DNA of 64,000 nucleotides from assembly GCA_041649155.1 (NCBI GenBank), contig JBAZNP010000001.1, positions 238,564 to 302,563 on the forward strand. The letters are read 5' to 3'. Source of the stretch: Patescibacteria group bacterium. Lineage in GTDB: Bacteria > Patescibacteriota > UBA1384 > XYA2-FULL-43-10 > 1-14-0-10-43-13. The number at the start of each line of letters is the position of its first letter. Positions within the stretch are counted from its first letter, which is position 1. Position numbers and translations under genes: made by a program. Below the pieces are notes generated by a model. The model saw nothing but the letters and a program-made list of their open reading frames with translations, was not told where the DNA came from and searched no databases. Positions 9,801 to 18,605 of the stretch are shown here, in pieces.

Positions 9801-9870
9801 TTGTCATTCCAGACTTGATCTGGAATCTATATAAATAGTAACTGGATCCTGAATCAAGTTCAGGATGACA
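9801..9870. repeat. Family A-like variant element in the yhhQ leader (TTGTCATTCC ... GGATGACA termini, two internal hairpins)
   Basis: tgtcattccagacttgatctggaat and atcctgaatcaagttcaggat hairpins are bracketed by TGTCAT / ATGACA ends. It sits between a TTGACT-N16-TATATT promoter-like site near 9690 and the yhhQ start codon. Confidence 0.6.
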
Positions 9871-9883
9871 CGGAAGGATTATT

Positions 9884-10555
9884 ATGTTTGGAAAAATTCA
9901 AAAGTTCGATTTGTTAGTCTCAATATTTATTTTTTGCACCATTGTCTCAGAACTGATGGGAGCAAAAACTTTCCCGTTGGCAACCATTGGCTCTTTTCAT
10001 TTAAATGCCAGTGTAGCAATCTTTGTTATTCCGGTTCTTTTTGCTGTTGACGACATTATCACTGAAGTATTCGGCAAGGAAAGAGCTAGAAGTGTTATTC
10101 GCTCAAGTCTGGTTGTGATTGTTCTCCTTTCTCTCTTCTCTCTTTTGGCGACACATCTTGCGCCTTCAACCCGATTTGCACCATCCGAAAGTGCATACGA
10201 TCAGATTTTTCTGATTTCAATACGTATGTCTGTCGCAAGCCTAATTGCCTTTGGATTTGCAGAGCTTTTAGATGTTTATATTTTCTCGACAATAAGACAA
10301 AAACTCGGCAAAAAGAATCTTTGGCTCAGAACCAACGCTTCCAACTTCATAGCACAGTTCATGGACACTTCAATCTTCATATTTATCGCCTTTTATGCTT
10401 TAAATAAACCGTTTGGCGACAATTTTAGCTTTTTATTTGGTCTAATATTGCCCTACTGGCTCTTAAAATGTTTCATGTCCATAATCGAAACACCGTTTGT
10501 TTATTTGGGTGTCGGCTGGCTGAAAAAAGAACGGTTGTCAGTTGTAAGTGAATAA
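9884..10555 (+). CDS. yhhQ: Queuosine-precursor transporter YhhQ (DUF165 / VUT family)
   Basis: 223 aa, 6 TM helices, with the conserved FAVDDIITEVFG and YALNKPFG motifs of the YhhQ/COG1738 family. Confidence 0.7.
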   Translation: MFGKIQKFDLLVSIFIFCTIVSELMGAKTFPLATIGSFHLNASVAIFVIPVLFAVDDIITEVFGKERARSVIRSSLVVIVLLSLFSLLATHLAPSTRFAPSESAYDQIFLISIRMSVASLIAFGFAELLDVYIFSTIRQKLGKKNLWLRTNASNFIAQFMDTSIFIFIAFYALNKPFGDNFSFLFGLILPYWLLKCFMSIIETPFVYLGVGWLKKERLSVVSE

Positions 10556-10571
10556 GTTGTAAGTTTAAATT

Positions 10572-11321
10572 GTGAAAATAACCTCCATAAAAACAAATAA
10601 GATAGTTCCCGCACAATCGGATATTTTTTCTGTGCTTGATAAATATTTGCCGGATCTGGAAGATGGTTCCATTCTGGCAATTACTTCAAAAGTAGTTTCA
10701 ATTTGCGAAAGCAATGTTGTTAAAGTTGGAGAGGAAGGAAAAGAAGAACTCATCAAAAATGAAGCCGATTTTTATCTGCCTCCGACTAGTAATAAGTATA
10801 AATATTCCTTAACGATTAAAAATAATATTTTGCTGCCGGCCAGCGGAGTCGACGAATCAAATGGCAACGGTTATCACATTCTCTGGCCCAAAGATCCGCA
10901 AAAGAGTGCAAATAAGATAAGGGAATATTTGATAAAGAGGTTTGGATTAAAAAAAGTCGGAGTAATAATCACCGATAGCAAAACCATGCCTCTTCGTTGG
11001 GGTACAACCGGAGTCTGCATCGCGCACAGCGGCTTTAAAGCGCTCAATGACTACATCGGCAAACCGGATATTTTCGGGGCTAAAATGCAGGTGACTAAAG
11101 CTAATATTATAGATGCCTTGGCTGTGTCGGCAGTTTTAATAATGGGTGAAGGATCCGAACAGACACCAATGGCTGTAATCTCAAATATTCCCTTTGTTAA
11201 GTTTAAAAAAAACAATCCAACAAAAAAAGAGCTCGATGAGCTCAAAATTGATATTGAAGACGATCTTTATGCGCCCATACTAAAGAGCGTTAAATGGCAA
11301 AAAAGAAGAGCCCGCCGTTAG
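10572..11321 (+). CDS. CofE-like gamma-glutamyl ligase (F420-0:gamma-glutamyl ligase family)
   Basis: A block (KKVGVIITDSKTMPLRWGTTGVCIAHSGFKALNDYIGKPDIFGAKMQVTKANIIDALAVSAVLIMGEGSEQTPMAVI) aligns closely with archaeal CofE. Confidence 0.7.
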   Translation: MKITSIKTNKIVPAQSDIFSVLDKYLPDLEDGSILAITSKVVSICESNVVKVGEEGKEELIKNEADFYLPPTSNKYKYSLTIKNNILLPASGVDESNGNGYHILWPKDPQKSANKIREYLIKRFGLKKVGVIITDSKTMPLRWGTTGVCIAHSGFKALNDYIGKPDIFGAKMQVTKANIIDALAVSAVLIMGEGSEQTPMAVISNIPFVKFKKNNPTKKELDELKIDIEDDLYAPILKSVKWQKRRARR

Positions 11322-11339
11322 GCGAGCCCAATATGTGCT

Positions 11340-11936
11340 CTAAGCGAGCTGATTTGCGGCAATGTATTTCGCAACCTTCTGTTGCATTTCCGGTTCGACC
11401 TTGCCTGCAGATACAAGAACTTCCAACACCTCAGAAAGTTTTCCGAGCGAATGAAGCTTGTATCCAGCTTTGGCAAGAATCTTGTCGCCGCCTTGTTCAC
11501 GGTCAAGGATAACTAAAACATCTTCCACTACCAGGCCTGCTTCCTTGAGTGGAGCAATGGCTTCGATCTTGCTGGCGCCGTCAGTGATAATGTCATCGAT
11601 CACCAAGACTCTATCACCCTCCTCGTACTCGCCTTCGATCAGCTTCTTGGTACCATATTCCTTGACTTCCTTGCGTGAGTAAATCATTGGAATATTTCCT
11701 TCGAGAGAAGCAGATACTCCAAGTGGAATGCCAGCATAAGGAATTCCAGCGATCAGATCGCATCCGATTTCTTTTGCCTTATTAGACAATGCACAACCGA
11801 TTTCCGAAAGAAGCTCCGGTTTGGAAACCAATCCGCGAAAGTCGCAATAAACTGGAGACGTACTCCCATTTTTAAGAATGAACTCTCCAAATTTAATGCA
11901 TCCAGCGTCAAAGATATTTCCATACAATTCTTTCAT
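11340..11936 (-). CDS. pyrE: Orotate phosphoribosyltransferase
   Basis: PRPP-binding motif VLVIDDIITDGASK and an OPRTase N-terminal region. GC is about 50%, against about 35% in the flanks. Confidence 0.9.
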   Translation of the reverse strand: MKELYGNIFDAGCIKFGEFILKNGSTSPVYCDFRGLVSKPELLSEIGCALSNKAKEIGCDLIAGIPYAGIPLGVSASLEGNIPMIYSRKEVKEYGTKKLIEGEYEEGDRVLVIDDIITDGASKIEAIAPLKEAGLVVEDVLVILDREQGGDKILAKAGYKLHSLGKLSEVLEVLVSAGKVEPEMQQKVAKYIAANQLA

Positions 11937-11980
11937 AGTTTCACCTCCTTTCTCTCACGTGAGTGATGAAACTTGAGGAC

Positions 11981-12916
11981 TCATCCCCTGTGAATGTAGA
12001 CAGGATATCCGATCTTTGTCTCCAAGGCCTGGTTTAGATCCCTGTTTGCGTCATCGATAGCTGCTGCAACCAAGGTAAGCGGGTCACCCTCTCGAGGTTT
12101 CCCAGATTTACGGTCAAACCAGCTATCAAGTGTGATGCCTCGCGAGCTGTTGACAGTACCCATCAGCTCCTTGCGAGTGTTGACAAGACCTTCTACTGCT
12201 CCAGCAGCTCCTCCACCTTGCGCTCCATATCCTGGAATCAGGAGGAAAACTTCATCCCCAGCATGCTGGCGACAGCTTGTTGCCTGCTCGGGCCAAGTCG
12301 CACCCACTACTCCGCCGACTCGGCCGAGATTGTTTGTAGCAGCCATGACCTGCTCGTTCCACGCTTTGACTCCCTCGGCCAAAAACTCGTAAACAAGTAA
12401 TCCCGAATCGAGCTTCTGGTCTTGGAGCCATGCTGCTTCGGGATTACTTGTGCGAATCATGGAAATAACCATGCAACCGCTTGCCAAGTCGTTCATCCAA
12501 GACAATGTGCCCTTGTTCGCCATGAATGTCGGACCAAGATAAGGAATAAAGGTACATGCATCTACGCCATATCTTCCGAATACCTCATCTGCATACTGAG
12601 CCATTGTCTCGCCTATATCTCCGCGCTTAGCATCGAGAATAACTAAGAGCCCCTTGCTCTTAGCGTAGGCTATAATGCGGATCATCATTTGGATGCCGCT
12701 TGGACCAAAAGCTCCATAATAGGCATACTGCGGTTTGACTACTGCAACTTTCTCAGCTGCAAGATCAATAACTGCCTCAAGGTATCTTTCCAATGCTGGA
12801 AGACCCTTATGCCCAAATGTTTTAGGCACATGCTGGAAGGTTGGATCCAATCCAACACAGAGAACAGACTTCTTGACCAATACTGCTTTTAAATAACGAG
12901 TTACAAAGCTCTGCAC
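11981..12916 (-). CDS. pyrF: Orotidine-5'-phosphate decarboxylase (long, type 2 form)
   Basis: 311 aa with VKPQYAYY...ILDAKRGDIGET motifs. GC is about 50-53%, which produces several long antisense ORFs that are artefacts. Confidence 0.85.
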   Translation of the reverse strand: MQSFVTRYLKAVLVKKSVLCVGLDPTFQHVPKTFGHKGLPALERYLEAVIDLAAEKVAVVKPQYAYYGAFGPSGIQMMIRIIAYAKSKGLLVILDAKRGDIGETMAQYADEVFGRYGVDACTFIPYLGPTFMANKGTLSWMNDLASGCMVISMIRTSNPEAAWLQDQKLDSGLLVYEFLAEGVKAWNEQVMAATNNLGRVGGVVGATWPEQATSCRQHAGDEVFLLIPGYGAQGGGAAGAVEGLVNTRKELMGTVNSSRGITLDSWFDRKSGKPREGDPLTLVAAAIDDANRDLNQALETKIGYPVYIHRG

Positions 12917-13070
12917 TAATGGAAACCTCCTCCAAAAAGATAGGAGGCATTTCAGCCTCCTTCCGATATTTTATACAATAAAAACACTTAAAAGGCAAAC
13001 AAAAATTCGCAACCAGTGCAAAAAATTTGTTAACATATATTTGAGCAATTATATTTAACAAAGGAGAAAT

Positions 13071-13478
13071 ATGGGAGAATTAATGACCGAAATGTCACAA
13101 GAAGAAACCAAAGAAACAAAGGAGCGAACTGACTTTGCCAAAATTGCAGAGATAAATAAAAATGCTGCTTTAGAAATTGAAGGTCTCAGATTGTCGCAGA
13201 AAGAAAACTACTCAACTCAAAGTTTAGAGGAGTTATTAAACTGGCTAGAACAACCAATAGAAAATGAAGAACTTTTGGAAATTATTGAAAAATCTTTAAA
13301 GGCAGCTCATATTATGGCTGATGATGAGAAAACGAACATCCAGACAGAAATTAATACAGTTAAAGACGATTTAAGCAATATGATTCATGATCGTAATTTC
13401 ATCACACAATTTCATACAAAAACAGAGGGTTTATTTGAATTCTGTAAAGCCCTCTCTTATTTCTCTTTAATGAAATAA
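13071..13478 (+). CDS. Hypothetical acidic protein
   Basis: 135 aa, Glu-rich and predicted helical, no motif recognised. It is the only plus-strand gene inside a run of minus-strand genes. Confidence 0.3.
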   Translation: MGELMTEMSQEETKETKERTDFAKIAEINKNAALEIEGLRLSQKENYSTQSLEELLNWLEQPIENEELLEIIEKSLKAAHIMADDEKTNIQTEINTVKDDLSNMIHDRNFITQFHTKTEGLFEFCKALSYFSLMK

Positions 13479-13516
13479 CTGTATCTTAAAATATTGTAGA
13501 TTGTTTTAATTGGAAT

Positions 13517-13550
13517 AAAAAAACAGGGCCTGCCATCATGGCAAGTCCTG
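13517..13550 (-). terminator. Rho-independent terminator for the radical-SAM gene
   Basis: Hairpin CAGGGCCTGCC...GGCAAGTCCTG followed on the minus strand by TTTTTTT. Confidence 0.5.
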
Positions 13551-13568
13551 CTGTAAGCATTCCCTCAC

Positions 13569-14999
13569 TTAGTCTGCAAGATGGTAAAGCCGCATTCCTG
13601 TCGGCTCTGGTACACTGTCTTCCGGAGTCCTTGGGAAATAATATAATTTTCCTTCTTTATTCCTTCTGCTTCCCCATTCGAAATCCGGTTTCTTTTTCAC
13701 TTCTCCGTTAACCCGGATATGTATACCGTCTATATTTGCATCCGGATCCCAATTTTCGTAATCGTCTCCTTTCCGCAATTCAACCGCTCGCCCAGTTCGA
13801 AAGGAAATTGGGGTGAGTAAGATATTACTTTTGATCCCCAATTTCTTCTCCATTAGACCACTAAACAATATGGCCATCATTTCCACAATCCGGCGGTCTT
13901 CATCATCTCCTTTATCGTAATACAGATTTACAAGCGGATTAAGAGAAGCTGCCTCACTAATCATTCTCTCGATCTCAGAAACATAAAGGCGGGAATCTTT
14001 CCTAAAATGCCGCTCTCCCGTTGAAACCGAAATTCGGTGTCGTTTACTATCAACCAGATGATTTTCGGCACAAATTTCGACGACTTTCTTCATCGCCCGA
14101 CAAGCGATTTTATCTTCAGAAAACCATCCTGCTGTTGTCACTGTAACTGGCCGAATGCACGTGGACATCAAACGAAAAACATCACCATAGTCTGCCGGAG
14201 TTCCATCCTGATGTAGAAAACGAAAATCACGATATTCAAGCGGATCATTATCCTCATAGTTGGAGACACAATTGATAATTGACCCTAAGTTAATTGGGAC
14301 GAAATGAAGATAGCGCCCCCTTAAGGCGTTCAGAGGCAAAGACTCCTCAAACGGGACTCTCAGTTTTAAAACCTTGCGGGGGAATTTCTCCCACTCGGCT
14401 AAAAGAAGATTAAAAAAGCCTATCAGCTCATTTTTACGGGCTGTGTTGACAAATTTCCGCACTCGAAATTTCTTAAAATCAACAATTTTCGCTTTCCTAA
14501 GATGTTCTTCCCAATCCTTCCACTCTTGGCAACCAAGTTTTTCGTACTTCCACTTCTTTTCCGCAATTTTCGCAATAGCCGCGAAAGGCGTCATCTCCAG
14601 TCGACAAGCAGCGTCTCTGTAGCACTGTTTACACTGGTGAGTACAACCTTTATGGGACTGAACGCAACTCAATCCCCAACCGAATACTTCCACCTCCTGC
14701 TCTGGAGTAAGATCAAAATCAGCGAAGAGTTCAAGTCTTGGATTCTCAACCGTAGGGAGAATGTCGACATACTTCGCTGGTATACTACCAGCGGCAAGAA
14801 AAGACTGTGCTTCTTTTTTTAACTCCATGCCTAATTCCGATAGCGGATACCGTTGGTGCAAGAACGCTCTTGCAATTAGATAAGCGATCTCCTCAGTGCT
14901 TTTTTTAGTAGTTCTCAATATTGCCACCACCTTTCCACATAGAATGTGCTCCTCTCTTGAGGCCGCGCCAACTATACCACGAAAAGAGTATTTTTTCAA
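13569..14999 (-). CDS. Radical SAM domain protein, family unassigned
   Basis: 476 aa with a canonical CxxxCxxC cluster (GCTHQCKQCY). No SPASM-like second cluster seen. GC is about 45%. Confidence 0.65.
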   Translation of the reverse strand: MKKYSFRGIVGAASREEHILCGKVVAILRTTKKSTEEIAYLIARAFLHQRYPLSELGMELKKEAQSFLAAGSIPAKYVDILPTVENPRLELFADFDLTPEQEVEVFGWGLSCVQSHKGCTHQCKQCYRDAACRLEMTPFAAIAKIAEKKWKYEKLGCQEWKDWEEHLRKAKIVDFKKFRVRKFVNTARKNELIGFFNLLLAEWEKFPRKVLKLRVPFEESLPLNALRGRYLHFVPINLGSIINCVSNYEDNDPLEYRDFRFLHQDGTPADYGDVFRLMSTCIRPVTVTTAGWFSEDKIACRAMKKVVEICAENHLVDSKRHRISVSTGERHFRKDSRLYVSEIERMISEAASLNPLVNLYYDKGDDEDRRIVEMMAILFSGLMEKKLGIKSNILLTPISFRTGRAVELRKGDDYENWDPDANIDGIHIRVNGEVKKKPDFEWGSRRNKEGKLYYFPRTPEDSVPEPTGMRLYHLAD

Positions 15000-15219
15000 G
15001 CCAAAAACAGTTCATTCACAAACTGGCTCAAGTCTGCTAGAATAAGCTCATTATGTCACTAAAGATCGGAACTCGCAGCTCGCTACTCCAACTTTACAAT
15101 TCAAGTTTATGTACGTACTCCCAGCACCCAGAAAAGAACGAATCATCGTTCAACGAGACCGTTTAGGCAGAATTGTTCACTCAAAGCCACCAAAAATGAG
15201 AGTTTGAATACAAATAGTA

Positions 15220-16185
15220 CTATTGCAATTGATTTTTGCTTAGAAAATCTCGAACTAAATAAGATATAATTTTATTGCCTTGGTAAAAGCCAAGCATTTT
15301 TTGTAAGCTATCAGCTTCTTTTGAGTAGCCGTATTTATAAGACCATTTTACTCTATCGAGATTTATTTTTTCAGCTTCGATAAGATTGATTTGCTTTCGT
15401 TTTATCTTTTTGCCTGGCAAGTTAGGGTCAATCATTTCTATTACTATTTTAGGAGTCATCACAAAAACGTGTTTCCTTTCAAGAAAAGTCGGTCCATATG
15501 GTCCTTTTCTTTCTGGGAAAATCTCAATGACTGGCGTATCGGAGGTGATAAATCGTTCATCAAGCGAAATATAGATTCGCCATTTCTTGCCTAAAACAAG
15601 ATTCACAAACCCTTTCATATCCGTCATTAAATTGAGGTGAGAGGTGTTATCAATTTTTAATTCATAATCACCTGATTGAAAAAGTTCTTTGGCTTGCTTA
15701 ACTAATTCATCATTTTCAGCTTCGCCTCGTTGTTTCATTATTTTGTGTACAGATTCATCAAAACCTGGAAAATGAGCATATTTCTTGAATATCTGCTTCC
15801 TCATATCTTCGTTCATTTTGTTTATATTTTCTCGCATCATTGGATTTCGCATCCAAAGAGCAGCCATAAACCAAGCCAATCTATATTGGTCCTCTTCGCT
15901 TATTGGCTTGTAATTAAGAATATCCTCCGCAATCCTGTCGTAATCAGGAGCAATTATGTCCTCTGTTTGCTTGAGAAACGTCTCGATTTCTTGACTTACT
16001 TCATCAGGAACGCCTGTTTCTTGAGCATAATAAAAATCAGCGTAGCAAACGCCAGAATAGGGCTTAGATTTAACAATCTTCGCATTTTTTATATCTAAGA
16101 CCTGCAGCAGATTATCGCTTGCTGCAAAACGCTTAAAATAGAACTTGGGGGCAAAATGTTGCTTGGCAGTTATTTGTTCGGCCAT
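15220..16185 (-). CDS. DUF4238-like protein
   Basis: 321 aa. The N-terminus (KQHFAPKFYFKRFAA...LQVLD) matches the characteristic DUF4238 start (H-x-P-x-F-Y-L-x-x-F). Its start abuts the stop of the ABC ATPase gene. Confidence 0.5.
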   Translation of the reverse strand: MAEQITAKQHFAPKFYFKRFAASDNLLQVLDIKNAKIVKSKPYSGVCYADFYYAQETGVPDEVSQEIETFLKQTEDIIAPDYDRIAEDILNYKPISEEDQYRLAWFMAALWMRNPMMRENINKMNEDMRKQIFKKYAHFPGFDESVHKIMKQRGEAENDELVKQAKELFQSGDYELKIDNTSHLNLMTDMKGFVNLVLGKKWRIYISLDERFITSDTPVIEIFPERKGPYGPTFLERKHVFVMTPKIVIEMIDPNLPGKKIKRKQINLIEAEKINLDRVKWSYKYGYSKEADSLQKMLGFYQGNKIISYLVRDFLSKNQLQ

Positions 16186-17841
16186 CTAATCTAAGTCAAT
16201 TAACATATCATCCAAGGCGATGGTTGATGACATTTGAGATTCTTTTTTCCAAATCTCGCTTGTATCACTAAAATACTTTTCAATAACTTGCTTATTTTTC
16301 TCAAAGAACTTTTCGTTCTCTTCTTTATCAAACAGTTTTAGCTTTTCCATTTGATTCTTCAATTCAACTTTAGAAATCATCAGCGAGTGAGCTATGATAC
16401 CGCTTGATTCTTCAAGATTCTTATTATAATAATCTACTGTCCTCTCCCAAACGGAAACAATCTTTTTAACCTCACTTTTTCTTGCCTGAATTGTTTCTTC
16501 CTTGGCAACCAATACATCGAATATGGCAGGGTATTCCAAAGTTGAGGCCAGTAATTTTCCGCCAGATAAGTTCTTGGCCTGGGTCAGCCAAGGTTCGAAT
16601 GTAACTGCAGCATCCACCTTGTCAGAGATTAGGGCAGCGCCAATATCGCTCCCCTTCAAGTGGACCAGCTTTACATCCTCCGAGGAAAGGTTATTTTGTT
16701 TAAGCAAATATAACAAGAAAAAATGACTTACCCAGTTTTCCTCAACAGCAATTTTTTTACCTTTTAGGTCATTGAAATTAGAAATATCCTTATTTACGAT
16801 TAGCCCATCCCCACCCACAGATTGATTGAGAGCCATTATTATCTTCAGGTCTTTTATTTTCTCTTTGGCGAGTATTGCAGTATCCAGCGTTGAAACAAAT
16901 AAATCCACATTCCTTTCAATCAATGGCTCGACTCGGTTTTCTTGTTTCTCAAGGTCAATCAATTCAACATCGAGTTTATTTTTATCAAACAAACCAAGTT
17001 CTCTCGCAATGTAAAACGGACTATTCCCAGGCCAAGCGTGAAGACCAATTTTAAGCGAATTGGGGTTGATTTCTTTGTACGATAGCCCTGCAGATTTTAG
17101 TGCCTCACCTCTTACCAAATAGGTCAAATGCTTCTTTACTTCAAAGAACTCTTGAGAAAGCTTGATGCTCGATATTCTTGGACGAGGCAAACCAATTGGG
17201 ACCACCTCTTTGATAGTTCCAGGACGAGCGCTCATAACATAAACACTATCAGCCAAAAATATAGCTTCCTCAATATCGTGAGTTACAAACAAAACCGTTT
17301 TTTTACTCTCTTCCCAAATAGAGGAAATAAGTTCTTGCATCAAACTTTTTGTTTGTGTATCCAAGCTAGAAAATGGCTCATCCATTAACAAAACATCAGG
17401 GTTTCGAGCCAAAACTGTGGCAATAGCCACCCTCTGTCTCATTCCACCAGATAGTTCACTAATATAGGCATTTTCAACCCCCTTCAACCCTACGGCATTG
17501 ATAAAATACCTGGTTATCTCATTTTTCTTCTTCCTGTCCATCTTACTGTCTAGCCCAAAAGCAATGTTATCTCGAACACTTAGCCAGGGAAAAGCAACGT
17601 AATTTTGGAAAACAAAACCAATCTTTTCATTGGGAAACTCGATTTTTTTACTGCCATAAAAAACATCGCCTGAATCTGGTTTTATCATTCCAGCAATCGT
17701 TTTTAATAGTGTTGTCTTACCGCACCCAGAAGGACCAACAATTGCAATAAACTTCTTATCCTCCGCTGAGACAGAAATGTCTTTTAGCACTTGGTTCTTA
17801 TCAAATGCAACGAATAGATTTTTTATATTTAATATGCTCAT
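16186..17841 (-). CDS. ABC ATPase (NitT/TauT family) fused to a C-terminal NMT1/SsuA-like substrate-binding-protein domain
   Basis: N-terminal Walker A GPSGCGKTT, signature LSGGMRQRVAIA, Walker B LLMDEPFSSLD. Residues about 250-551 resemble the separate binding protein at 20419..21450; both carry DAAVTFEPWL. Confidence 0.8.
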   Translation of the reverse strand: MSILNIKNLFVAFDKNQVLKDISVSAEDKKFIAIVGPSGCGKTTLLKTIAGMIKPDSGDVFYGSKKIEFPNEKIGFVFQNYVAFPWLSVRDNIAFGLDSKMDRKKKNEITRYFINAVGLKGVENAYISELSGGMRQRVAIATVLARNPDVLLMDEPFSSLDTQTKSLMQELISSIWEESKKTVLFVTHDIEEAIFLADSVYVMSARPGTIKEVVPIGLPRPRISSIKLSQEFFEVKKHLTYLVRGEALKSAGLSYKEINPNSLKIGLHAWPGNSPFYIARELGLFDKNKLDVELIDLEKQENRVEPLIERNVDLFVSTLDTAILAKEKIKDLKIIMALNQSVGGDGLIVNKDISNFNDLKGKKIAVEENWVSHFFLLYLLKQNNLSSEDVKLVHLKGSDIGAALISDKVDAAVTFEPWLTQAKNLSGGKLLASTLEYPAIFDVLVAKEETIQARKSEVKKIVSVWERTVDYYNKNLEESSGIIAHSLMISKVELKNQMEKLKLFDKEENEKFFEKNKQVIEKYFSDTSEIWKKESQMSSTIALDDMLIDLD

Positions 17842-18605
17842 ATCACCGACTTTCTAAACCAAGGGAAAAGCAGTTTTCGTGACACCTTAAAAAGCTGGTC
17901 AAATGATATTCCGAGCAATCCAACAATGATAATTGCGAAAATAACATTTTCAGTTTTTAATAATCTTTGAGATTGGATAATTACGAAACCAATTCCTGAA
18001 GTTGAGCCAACGATTTCAGCGATTAGCAAACTAGACCACGCCCAGCCAAGAGAAACTCGCATATCATCAACAATTCGAGGCCAACTATAAGGCAAGACGA
18101 CCCTGCTAACAACATTTAATCTGTTTAGACCTAACGTTCTTCCAAATTGAATCATATCGCCAGGGACTTGAGAGACAGAATTGGCTATCATCAGAACAAG
18201 TTGAAAGAAAACACTAGCAGAAATTATCACGATTTTTTCAGTTTCACCAATACCCAGCCAGAGGATAAGAAGAGGAACAAACGCAGGAATAGGAGTATAT
18301 CGCACAAAATCGATAACAGGTTCGAGAAAAAGTTCTATGCTCTTATTCGAGCCAATCAATAGCCCTAGCGGTATGGCTAAAATTACCCCAGCAGTAAAAC
18401 CCAGAAATATCCTTGCCAAGCTATATAATATGTCATTAGAAAAATTATTATTAACAAACAAAAGATACCCAGCTTTAGCAACGCTGATTGGACTTGGTAG
18501 AAAGTAGGACTGCACTAATCCGTTTCTGGTAACTAGATACCAAATTAAAATAATTGCTATGAAGGGCAACAATATAATAATTATATTTTTTCTTCTGTTT
18601 GTCAC
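17838..18605 (-). CDS. ABC transporter permease (NitT/TauT family, SsuC/TauC-like)
   Basis: 255 aa, 6 TM helices, with the EAA-like loop of binding-protein-dependent permeases. Overlaps its neighbours by 4 nt (ATGA) at both ends. Confidence 0.8.
   Translation of the reverse strand: MTNRRKNIIIILLPFIAIILIWYLVTRNGLVQSYFLPSPISVAKAGYLLFVNNNFSNDILYSLARIFLGFTAGVILAIPLGLLIGSNKSIELFLEPVIDFVRYTPIPAFVPLLILWLGIGETEKIVIISASVFFQLVLMIANSVSQVPGDMIQFGRTLGLNRLNVVSRVVLPYSWPRIVDDMRVSLGWAWSSLLIAEIVGSTSGIGFVIIQSQRLLKTENVIFAIIIVGLLGISFDQLFKVSRKLLFPWFRKSVI

Noticed and set aside
12132-12892. Several 60-86-aa ORFs on the plus strand (12132..12392, 12218..12400, 12422..12646, 12689..12892)
   Set aside because: All lie antisense inside pyrF. 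The locally high GC lowers stop-codon frequency and creates long spurious antisense frames.
15220-16185. DUF4238 protein as a stand-alone antiphage / abortive-infection gene
   Set aside because: Its start codon abuts the stop of the ABC ATPase within a translationally coupled operon. That context argues for a role linked to the transporter and radical-SAM module, not an independent defence gene. The family assignment is itself from pattern memory only.
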